From Pyrinomonadaceae bacterium (lineage in GTDB: Bacteria > Acidobacteriota > Blastocatellia > Pyrinomonadales > Pyrinomonadaceae), in contig JACCSP010000201.1 in assembly GCA_013812905.1 (NCBI GenBank), positions 1-47,181 of the forward strand: DNA of 47,181 bases, read 5' to 3'. The position numbers and the translations under genes are program-made. Shown piece after piece: positions 1 through 7,474 of the stretch (its first letter is position 1; each line of letters opens with the position of its first letter). The notes beneath the pieces are model-generated. The model did no database searches, was not told where the DNA came from, and saw nothing but the letters and a program-made list of their open reading frames with translations.

Positions 1-120
1 ATGCAACTGCGACGCAGCGATGCGTGGTGGAGAGCAGCAGGAGGTGAACGACCAGTCCGTAGGATAACGAACTCGATACGGCCGGGCGCAATCGACGAGC
101 CTGCCTGGCAAAGGCGAAGT

Positions 121-570
121 CTAGTCCGGAAGCGGGAAGCTGTCGAGCTGAGGGGTAGTAAATGTCAGATTAGGGTTTTCCAGGTAGGGTTCGAGATCTC
201 GGCGAAAAATAATCCCGACTACGTCGTCCAACCGCTCACGATAGACCGGCATGCGCGAATAACCAAGCGTACGAAATGCCACCTTTGCTTCTTCAAAAGT
301 AGTGGATAAAGGCAACGCCGAAATGGCAGTCCTCGGGATCATCGCTTCCCGAACTTCAGTGTCCGCAAAATCAAAGACGCGGTTAATCAGTTTTTTTTCC
401 TCAGCTTCGAGATGCCCGCTGGTGTGGGAGATGTCGATTAGCTGACGCAATTCACCCGCAGTGTAAATGGATGCGTGCTCGCCGGAGGGATGCAACCCGA
501 ATAGTGGGACGGTACGCGTGCCGCAGCACGGCAGGGTAACTAGTCCCATGAGTAAGCACATAACGTTCAC
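121..570 (-). CDS. CorC/TlyC-family CBS-domain protein, apparently truncated (single CBS module; possible gene remnant)
   Basis: The translation has the linker and first CBS module typical of CorC/TlyC proteins (LINRVFDFADTEVREAMIPRT ... VVGIIFRRDL). There is no DUF21 membrane part. A stop at 121-123 precedes any second CBS or CorC_HlyC domain. The GTG start overlaps the modA stop (GTGA). Confidence 0.5.
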   Translation of the reverse strand: MNVMCLLMGLVTLPCCGTRTVPLFGLHPSGEHASIYTAGELRQLIDISHTSGHLEAEEKKLINRVFDFADTEVREAMIPRTAISALPLSTTFEEAKVAFRTLGYSRMPVYRERLDDVVGIIFRRDLEPYLENPNLTFTTPQLDSFPLPD

Positions 571-1400
571 AGCGGCGGCGGTTGTTTGTACCCGTATTCT
601 CTGAGGATAGTTTGACCTTCTGAACTCAAAACAAAGTCGGCAAAGCGGCGGGCGGCGTCCTGATTGTTAGAAGATTTGATCACTCCCAGGGCCTGATCAA
701 TGGGTCGATGCAGTTCTTCGCCTATTTCGATGTACTTGCCTTCACCGGGTTTCACGAGGGCACGCGGAAGAAAGCCCGCTTCAGCATTACCCGAAGAGAC
801 AAACTGCTTCACTTGCGAGACGTTCATTCCGTAGACGACCTTGGGTTCCACCTGATCCCACATCTTTAAGGCACGAAGGACTTCCACCGCTGCCTGACCG
901 TATGGCGCGATGTCAGGCTTAGCAATGGCAATGCGCTCCACCTCTTTGCGCTTGAGGTCTTCCACCTTTTCGAGGTCGATCGTGCTTCCGCTGGGTATCC
1001 ATAGAAGGAGGCTGCCGCGTGCGTACAGTGCCCGCGTTCCTGGGGTGAGCAAACCTTTCTGCTCCAGAGCTTCAACATGAGCTGTGTCGGCGGCCGCAAA
1101 AATGTCAAACGGCGCACCATTCTCAATCTGTTTCGCCAGGTCGGCGGTACCTCCAAAACTTAGAATCACACGAACTCCAGTGCGATCGCTGAATCGGTTA
1201 CCAAGTTCCTGAAATGCGTCAGTAAGATTTGCCGCCGCCGCGACTACTATTTCGGAGGGCGGTTTTGCTCTGTTACTAGCGGTCCTGGCGTGGCACGCCG
1301 GGAAAAAGATTAGAGTTATAGCAAGAACGATCCGAGCGTCTTTCCAGATACAGGCATCTTGAAGCTCAAAGAGATTTAAGCGAGCTGTGTCTTTTTCCAT
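567..1400 (-). CDS. modA: molybdate ABC transporter substrate-binding protein
   Basis: 277-aa ORF with a hydrophobic N-terminal signal-like segment. It aligns by eye along its length with E. coli ModA (VVAAAANLTDAF..., SFGGTADLAKQIENGAPFDIFAAAD, IAIAKPDIAPYGQAA). Confidence 0.85.
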   Translation of the reverse strand: MEKDTARLNLFELQDACIWKDARIVLAITLIFFPACHARTASNRAKPPSEIVVAAAANLTDAFQELGNRFSDRTGVRVILSFGGTADLAKQIENGAPFDIFAAADTAHVEALEQKGLLTPGTRALYARGSLLLWIPSGSTIDLEKVEDLKRKEVERIAIAKPDIAPYGQAAVEVLRALKMWDQVEPKVVYGMNVSQVKQFVSSGNAEAGFLPRALVKPGEGKYIEIGEELHRPIDQALGVIKSSNNQDAARRFADFVLSSEGQTILREYGYKQPPPL

Positions 1401-1485
1401 GAGCGCAGCTTAACCGGGAGTATCGGTTCAGGGCAATTCGACCGTTGGTTGAGTAATGGTCAGTTTGGTTCTTCCTTTTCAGTGA

Positions 1486-1640
1486 CAGCGAGGCTTTAGC
1501 CCGCTGTCCAGAGCGAGCCCGGCACCTGGAACCGTTTGAACCGTTCTGCTAAAAACATCTTCCACGCAGCAAGCTCCAAACTGTTCAAACGGTTGAGAAT
1601 CCTGCAAGCAAGCTCTGACACCGGGCTAAAGCCGCGGTGT
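1486..1640. repeat. Inverted pair of about 60-nt repeat units (family A: GGCTTTAGCCCGSTGTC ... GAACCGTTTGAAC)
   Basis: The left arm 1486-1546 and the reverse complement of the right arm 1578-1640 align. GGCTTTAGCCCG-CTGTCCAGAGC...GGAACCGTTTGAACCGTTC matches GGCTTTAGCCCGGTGTC-AGAGC...TCAACCGTTTGAACAGTTT. The pair sits in the modA/sbp divergent spacer. Confidence 0.7.
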
Positions 1641-1735
1641 TAATATGATCTTCACATAACGCTCGGAGGTATGGTATAGACCTTTACCCGCGCACTCATC
1701 GACTACCAGGCCGCCCGGATTTGGAGGTTCTCTCC

Positions 1736-2773
1736 GTGAGGAAAGGTGCATTCACCAGCAAGGCGAGAACCCTCATTGCCTTCCTGTCGTTGAGCCTGCT
1801 CGGTGCCGGTTGCTTGCCGAAGCCTCCGGCCGAGTCGGGGGACCTGAACCTCACGGTGTACGGATTCTCCATCATGAAGGAGCCGCTTGAGAAATCCATC
1901 TACCCGGGTTTCGCTGCTAAATGGAAAGCTGACCGTGGCCAGGAGGTGCGCTTCACTTCCTCATACGCGGGTTCAGAAACGATAACTAACCAGATCCTGC
2001 AAGGCGTTAAAGCAGACATCGCTATACTCTCCATCGAACGCGATGCTTTCCGGCTTAGAGATGGTGGTTTTGTCACTTCCGATTGGCACGCGTTGCCTCA
2101 AAAAGGCATGATCAACAAAACACCCTTCGTGATTTTGGTTCGTCAGGGAAACCCAAAAAACATTCGTGACTTTGCAGATCTTGCCAAGGCGGGAGTGAAG
2201 GTTATTCATCCGGACCCTGTTAGTTCGGGCGGCGCTCAATGGTCAGTGCTGGCAATTTATGGTTCGGAACTTGTTAAGTCAGAAAAGCAGTCGGGCGAGC
2301 CGGATCATGCGCGAGCGCTGCAGACGTTGCGAGCGATTTGGCGCAATGTAATCTCTACACCTGGCTCTGCGCGCGAGGCGCGGACACAATTTGAAACTGG
2401 CTTCGGTGATGCGCTGATTACCTATGAGCTGGAAGGGCTCCTGATGAAAGAAGCGGGGAATCCTGTGCAGATCGTGGCTCCGCAAGCGACGATTTTCAGC
2501 GAACACCCGGCGGTAGTCATTGATCGCAGTGTAAATGCCGCCCGGCGGACCGTAGTTGATGCGTTTATGCAGTATCTCTGGAGTGAAGAAGCTCAGAGGG
2601 CTTTCGTAAAGCATCACTTCCGGTCAATTACCAATGATGCACTGGACCAGGAAAACAACCAGTTGGCTAACATCGAGATGCCAATTACGATTGATTACTT
2701 TGGCGGTTGGGTTGAGGCCTATCCCAAAGTGATTGAAGCTATCTTCAGGGATCAGGTGCAGCGGCGGAAGTAA
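1736..2773 (+). CDS. sbp: sulfate/thiosulfate ABC transporter substrate-binding protein
   Basis: Aligns by eye with E. coli Sbp/CysP (FVILVRQGNPKNIRDFADL, IHPDPVSSGGAQW, GDALITYE, IDYFGGW). The ORF track starts at TTG 1721. GTG 1736 is preceded by GGAGG at 1723-1727, so I prefer it. Confidence 0.85.
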   Translation: MRKGAFTSKARTLIAFLSLSLLGAGCLPKPPAESGDLNLTVYGFSIMKEPLEKSIYPGFAAKWKADRGQEVRFTSSYAGSETITNQILQGVKADIAILSIERDAFRLRDGGFVTSDWHALPQKGMINKTPFVILVRQGNPKNIRDFADLAKAGVKVIHPDPVSSGGAQWSVLAIYGSELVKSEKQSGEPDHARALQTLRAIWRNVISTPGSAREARTQFETGFGDALITYELEGLLMKEAGNPVQIVAPQATIFSEHPAVVIDRSVNAARRTVVDAFMQYLWSEEAQRAFVKHHFRSITNDALDQENNQLANIEMPITIDYFGGWVEAYPKVIEAIFRDQVQRRK

Positions 2774-2774
2774 G

Positions 2775-2900
2775 GCATTGCCGATTGCGGATTTGACCAA
2801 AGCAGGACGTGCGAGTAGTTGCGGAGCGTCGGCTGGGCGGAATCGGAATTGATCAAGCGACAATGCACTAACAGCAATCGGCAATTGGCAATTGGCAATG
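2775..2900. repeat. Family E repeat: GCAATYG heptamer tandem (2874-2900) with a 12-bp inverted partner (2777-2788)
   Basis: gcaatcg gcaattg gcaattg gcaatg runs into the ATG at 2898. ATTGCCGATTGC at 2777-2788 is the exact reverse complement of GCAATCGGCAAT at 2874-2885. Confidence 0.6.
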
Positions 2901-3731
2901 AATGTGATCCCCTCAATGCGACACGTGCGAGGCTTCGATGTCGCCCGGCCTCTGAGCATTGGAGTGCTCGTGCTCATGATGTTGCCGCTCGTGTTTCTGC
3001 CGCTCTCATCAATTTTCATTTTCGGAACCAGCAAGGGTTTGGCGAGTTTCTGGGCTGCACTGACGGCGCCCGAGGCTGTTTTCGCACTCAAGCTTTCGAT
3101 GGTGACAAGCTTTTGGGCCACTTTGTTCAATGTGTTCTTCGGATTGTTCGCCGCCTATGTTTTATCGAAGTATAACTTCTGGGGTCGCAACGCACTCATT
3201 GTCACAATATCCCTGCCCACTGCAATTCCCACAGCCGTCGCGGGATTTGCCTTGCTGCTCTTGTGGGGGCCATACGGCATTCTCGGACGTTTCCTGGCGC
3301 CGCACGGCATCCAGACAATGTTTACAGCCGGCGCAATCATACTCGCGAATATCTTCGTTACCTTTCCCCTCGCCTTCGGTGTAATCAAACCTGTTTTCGA
3401 TACGATGAGTCGCTCACTTGAAGAGGCATCGGCAACGATTGGGGCGACACGCGTGCAAACGTTCTGGCACGTCACCTTACCATCCCTCCGAGGAGCGATT
3501 GTTTCCGGGGCGCTGCTGACTTTTGCGCGCGCAGTCGGCGAGTTTGGCTCAACCATTCTAGTCTCCGGCAATCTTGCCGGGCGCACGCAAACCGCTCCGC
3601 TCTACATATTTGCCAAATTCAATGAAGGCCAGATCGAGGCGGCGAATGCCATTGCAATTGTGTTAGCGCTTTTCTCGTTCCTGATCTTCAGCGTATTGTT
3701 TTTTGCCCGCGACTGGCTTGATGTGGATTAG
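2898..3731 (+). CDS. sulfate ABC transporter permease (CysT/CysW family)
   Basis: Multi-pass hydrophobic ORF between sbp and cysA, with a typical ABC permease EAA-like loop (SLEEASATIGATRVQTFWHVTLP). The ORF track start TTG 2892 lies in the heptamer repeat, so ATG 2898 is used. Confidence 0.8.
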   Translation: MNVIPSMRHVRGFDVARPLSIGVLVLMMLPLVFLPLSSIFIFGTSKGLASFWAALTAPEAVFALKLSMVTSFWATLFNVFFGLFAAYVLSKYNFWGRNALIVTISLPTAIPTAVAGFALLLLWGPYGILGRFLAPHGIQTMFTAGAIILANIFVTFPLAFGVIKPVFDTMSRSLEEASATIGATRVQTFWHVTLPSLRGAIVSGALLTFARAVGEFGSTILVSGNLAGRTQTAPLYIFAKFNEGQIEAANAIAIVLALFSFLIFSVLFFARDWLDVD

Positions 3732-3740
3732 AGGATTCCA

Positions 3741-4955
3741 GTGAGAGCGAAACAGACCATGATCAGAGAGGAGTCAGTGGCGCCCGATTTGAACCGGAGT
3801 TCGCCAGCGGTCGCTGCCAGTGTCCTCGGAGTCAGCAAGCGTTTCGGTAAGACAGGTGTACTCGAGAACATCAACTTCCAGGTTTCGGAAGGGGAAACGC
3901 TCGTGCTGCTTGGCGCCTCCGGAAGCGGCAAGACGACGATTCTGAGGATAATTGCCGGCTTGGAGCAGCCCAACTCAGGCAAAGTCATACTGCATGGCAA
4001 AGACGTTACTGAACTCCCGGCACGGGAGCGCGGAGTGGGCGTGATCTTTCAGTCGTACGCGCTGTTCCCCAAGATGAGTGTCGAGCGAAATATAGGCTAT
4101 GGTCTCAAGATCAGACATCGCAAGCGAAAAGAGATTCGGGAAGCAGTGGAAACCCTGCTGGAGTTGGTCCAATTGCAGGAACATCGCAATAAATATCCTT
4201 CGCAGCTTTCCGGAGGCCAGCAGCAGCGCGTGGCGATTGCCCGGACGCTTGCCTACAAACCTGAAGTACTCTTGTTTGACGAACCCTTTGGCGCCCTCGA
4301 CGCGCAAACGCGCGGACATCTGCGGCGGGAGATAAAAGCGTTGCTGAGAAAAGTGAACGTGCCGGCAATATTCATTACGCACGATCAAGAAGAAGCGTTG
4401 GAGTTGGGAGACCGCATTGCGGTGGTCAACCTGGGCCACATCGAACAGATTGGAACGCCGTACGAAGTGTATACCAACCCTGCGACCGAGTACGTAGCCA
4501 CCTTCCTGGGTGCTGCTAATCTCCTTCCGGGAGTAATCCGGGGCGATAGGATCGAAGTGGGCACAGCTGTAATTCCGTTCAGCGCCGACGCACACAAGTT
4601 TCGCGACGGGCAGTCAGTGAAGCTGGTATTTCGTCCCGAAGACGTTTCATTGACCAGGGAGGGAGATCTCCCTGCCGGCCACTCTTGTATTGCTAATGGA
4701 ATCGTGGAAGAAAAAAGTTTCGTGGGAGCTTATGAACGGGTGAATGTGCGCATCGATCTGTCGGATTCAGGTGCTTGCGAGACCAACGAGACGCCTTTCT
4801 ACCTGACCACCGAAACCCCTGAAAGCCACAGCAGTAAGCCGATCATAGCGACTCGCCCCAAGCCCGAAGCCGGCGCAGTTAGTCTCAATGTGGGAGACCG
4901 CGCAGCCGTTGGAATATCCTCTTTCACGGTCTTGGCAGTACCGCCCAGCAAATAG
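3741..4955 (+). CDS. cysA: ABC transporter ATP-binding protein, sulfate/thiosulfate importer type, with a C-terminal TOBE-like domain
   Basis: Walker A GASGSGKTT, signature LSGGQQQRVAIAR, Walker B LLFDEPFGALD, H-loop ITHDQ. The C-terminal beta-rich regulatory domain is followed by an extension of about 60 aa. GAGGA lies 5 nt before GTG 3741. Confidence 0.8.
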   Translation: MRAKQTMIREESVAPDLNRSSPAVAASVLGVSKRFGKTGVLENINFQVSEGETLVLLGASGSGKTTILRIIAGLEQPNSGKVILHGKDVTELPARERGVGVIFQSYALFPKMSVERNIGYGLKIRHRKRKEIREAVETLLELVQLQEHRNKYPSQLSGGQQQRVAIARTLAYKPEVLLFDEPFGALDAQTRGHLRREIKALLRKVNVPAIFITHDQEEALELGDRIAVVNLGHIEQIGTPYEVYTNPATEYVATFLGAANLLPGVIRGDRIEVGTAVIPFSADAHKFRDGQSVKLVFRPEDVSLTREGDLPAGHSCIANGIVEEKSFVGAYERVNVRIDLSDSGACETNETPFYLTTETPESHSSKPIIATRPKPEAGAVSLNVGDRAAVGISSFTVLAVPPSK

Positions 4956-4961
4956 CTAACC

Positions 4962-4987
4962 GAACCGTCAAAGCCGTTCAACCGTTC
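4962..4987. repeat. Partial family A-like repeat (GAACCGT...CCGTTCAACCGTTC)
   Basis: Immediately after the cysA stop. It resembles the GAACCGTTTGAACCGTTC end of the family A unit. It is short, so support is weak. Confidence 0.3.
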
Positions 4988-5131
4988 ATCTACAATCCAG
5001 GCTGGAATTTGGAACTGACGATTCAAGGCTGAATGACTACGATCTTGAGCGGGGTCGCAGTTCGCTTTGCCCCCTTCCCAACATGCGAATTTGCGGTGCC
5101 TGAATTGTCAATGTCATTGGTGAGCGGGTTG

Positions 5132-6274
5132 CTACCGTTCTCCGGTTCTAGATTGAGTTTTCAGCGCAGCCACGGCCAGGCTATGAAACTCCCGACGCAC
5201 ACTGTTAATGTTGGCGAAAGGAAGCGAACGTGCGTGTGTGCGATTGGTCAGTAAAATAAAAACTCGTTCCTGACGCGGATCGATCCAGCAGCTCGTACCT
5301 GTGAATCCGCTGTGGCCGTAACTGTCCGGCGACAGAGATGGACCAGCGGCTGACTCGGGAGTTGCTGCGAGTTGCCAGGCAATAGAGCGCGCCTCTTCGA
5401 GTCCTTCCGTCATATTTGTTCTAAAAGCTTCACAACTTCGCGGACTGAGTATTTCGCTCTGCGCGGCAAGAAACTGCGCGGCAATTCGAGCTGATTCATA
5501 AGCTGTCGAGAAAAGACCCGCATGGCCCGCGGCCCCGCCGAGGAAGTGGGCATTGCCGTCATGCACCTCTCCCCAAATGAGATTTTCGCGCCACTTGGCA
5601 TATTCGGGCGTACCCATATCCCGGGACGTTGCGCGCTCGAAGGCGTTGCCTGTCTCGCAAGCGGCTATGCCGGTTTGCAACGCCATCTCGGGGTTGAAGA
5701 AAGTGCTTCGAAGTCCAAGAGCTGCGAAAATCTCCCGACTGGCGAGTTCCGACACCTGCTTGCCAGTTAATCGTTCCAGCAAAAAACCCAGGGTTATGAA
5801 GCCGAGATCGCTGTAGACGACCCGCATGCCGGGTTGGTATTCAAGGTCCTCAGCGGCGATCAGGCTGAGAACCCGATTGCGTTCGCTTTCGGCAAGGATG
5901 TAAAGCGGTCGCCAAGCTGGAAGTCCAGATGTGTGCGTCAAAAGATGACGCACAGTGACCATCTGCTTGTCCGTCCTTAGAAACTCCGGCAAGTAGTGTG
6001 CGACGGCGCTGTCCAGGGTTAACTCGCCCGTGTCGATGCGGCAGGCACAAAGAAGACCGGTTACGAGCGGTTTGGTCAGGCTGGCGAGATCGTAGACGGT
6101 TTGAAGCGAGGCGGTAATGCGATAAGGGTCGACTACGGCATGTCCAAGAGCGTCTGCGAAGATTGGAAGACCTCGCTCAGTTATCAGATAGACGGCGGAA
6201 GGGAAGTCGCCGGCATCTATGCGCGCGCCCAACAGGGCGGAGATATTTGGTTCGGGCTGACTCTTGAGGTCCAT
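5132..6274 (-). CDS. serine hydrolase, beta-lactamase/PBP-like (class C fold) family
   Basis: SxxK motif in ASLTKPLV, a YxN-like YSD in VVYSDLGF, and a C-terminal HSGFTG box. Confidence 0.8.
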   Translation of the reverse strand: MDLKSQPEPNISALLGARIDAGDFPSAVYLITERGLPIFADALGHAVVDPYRITASLQTVYDLASLTKPLVTGLLCACRIDTGELTLDSAVAHYLPEFLRTDKQMVTVRHLLTHTSGLPAWRPLYILAESERNRVLSLIAAEDLEYQPGMRVVYSDLGFITLGFLLERLTGKQVSELASREIFAALGLRSTFFNPEMALQTGIAACETGNAFERATSRDMGTPEYAKWRENLIWGEVHDGNAHFLGGAAGHAGLFSTAYESARIAAQFLAAQSEILSPRSCEAFRTNMTEGLEEARSIAWQLAATPESAAGPSLSPDSYGHSGFTGTSCWIDPRQERVFILLTNRTHARSLPFANINSVRREFHSLAVAALKTQSRTGER

Positions 6275-6298
6275 GCTGGATAGTTTTCATCAGCCGGG

Positions 6299-7309
6299 CT
6301 ATCCGCCCTGGGCTCGAAGAGCCTCGCCTACGGAACCGCTCCGAACTTTCACCGCGTGTTCCTCGATCCGTTCCAGCGCGCGCAGAGCCAGTGCGAGTGC
6401 ATTTCTCCCGTCCATTCCGGAGACGGGGGATGGCAGGCCGTCTCTCGCGGCTTGGACAAAAGAGACAATCTCCGCCCACAGGGGTTCAACGTCAATCACA
6501 TCCAGGTTCCGCACGTGAACGCCAGGCCATAAGCCATCGACGGTTGGCGGTGCCAGGCCGCTAATCGAAGCACGCTTGGTCGTGTAGTCAACGGCGACGT
6601 AGTCATGCGGTTGAAAAAAACGCATCTTGCGAATCCTCTCAGTACCGACGCGCGACGCAGTGATATTAGCAACTGCTCCGGAAGAGAATTCGAGTCGTGC
6701 ATTAGCCGCGTCAACCTTGTTTGTCAGGATCGGAATACCAACGGCGTGGAGTTCAGTGACCTGGACATCTTCACCCACTAACCACTGTACGATATCAAGG
6801 TCGTGGATCATCAGGTCGAGAACAACGTCAATATCCAGTGAACGGGCCGTAAATTCGCCTACCCGATGGATCTCGAAGTACACAGGATCGCGCACGTGCG
6901 GACGCAGCGCTACCAAGGCGGGATTAAATCGCTCCAGATGACCTATCTGTAAAAGAGCGCCCCCTCTCTCTCCTGCTTGAATCATGCGATCTGCTTCTTC
7001 GACAGTTCGCGAGATGGGCTTCTCAACCAAAACGTGAATACCTGCTTCAAGCAGGCCGCAGGCAATTTCGCAGTGCGACTCCGTGGGAACTGCAAGACTG
7101 ACGGCGTCAACGCGGCCAATTAATTCGCGCCAATCCGTGGTCCAATCAAGCTCTCGCTCCGCGGCAATCGCACGCGCAACCCGCTCATTGAGATCGCAAA
7201 CCCATTCACACCGGGTCAGACCTTCGTCAGCAAGCGTTTTATGGACGCGGGCGTGCTGCCGTCCGAGATGGCCCACCCCGATAACTGCTGTTCGTAAAGA
7301 CATAGTCAC
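6299..7309 (-). CDS. Gfo/Idh/MocA family NAD(P)-dependent oxidoreductase
   Basis: N-terminal Rossmann motif AVIGVGHLGRQH, the EKP motif (VLVEKPIS) and the family-typical C-terminal alpha/beta domain. It ends 24 nt upstream of the serine hydrolase. Confidence 0.85.
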   Translation of the reverse strand: MTMSLRTAVIGVGHLGRQHARVHKTLADEGLTRCEWVCDLNERVARAIAAERELDWTTDWRELIGRVDAVSLAVPTESHCEIACGLLEAGIHVLVEKPISRTVEEADRMIQAGERGGALLQIGHLERFNPALVALRPHVRDPVYFEIHRVGEFTARSLDIDVVLDLMIHDLDIVQWLVGEDVQVTELHAVGIPILTNKVDAANARLEFSSGAVANITASRVGTERIRKMRFFQPHDYVAVDYTTKRASISGLAPPTVDGLWPGVHVRNLDVIDVEPLWAEIVSFVQAARDGLPSPVSGMDGRNALALALRALERIEEHAVKVRSGSVGEALRAQGG

Positions 7310-7474
7310 TTATTTGTGGTCAGCTGTTAGTTGTTAGACGTCCTGGCGAGCTTGGTCCGTTTGGGAGATCGCTAGTTTGAATGTGTAGCTGGATTCAAGG
7401 ATACTCGGGCATTCAGTTACAAGTCGAATTTAGCTGACTACTGATAGCTGACCGTCATTTCGGAGCGACTATAC

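Noticed and set aside
1-309. 102-aa plus-strand ORF at the left edge
   Set aside because: It is antisense to the CBS-domain ORF, has Arg/Trp-rich composition typical of a shadow frame, and shows no recognisable motif.
1401-1720. Moco riboswitch upstream of modA
   Set aside because: I could not recognise the conserved Moco RNA core. Most of the spacer is accounted for by the family A inverted repeat pair. A covariance-model scan would be needed to exclude it.
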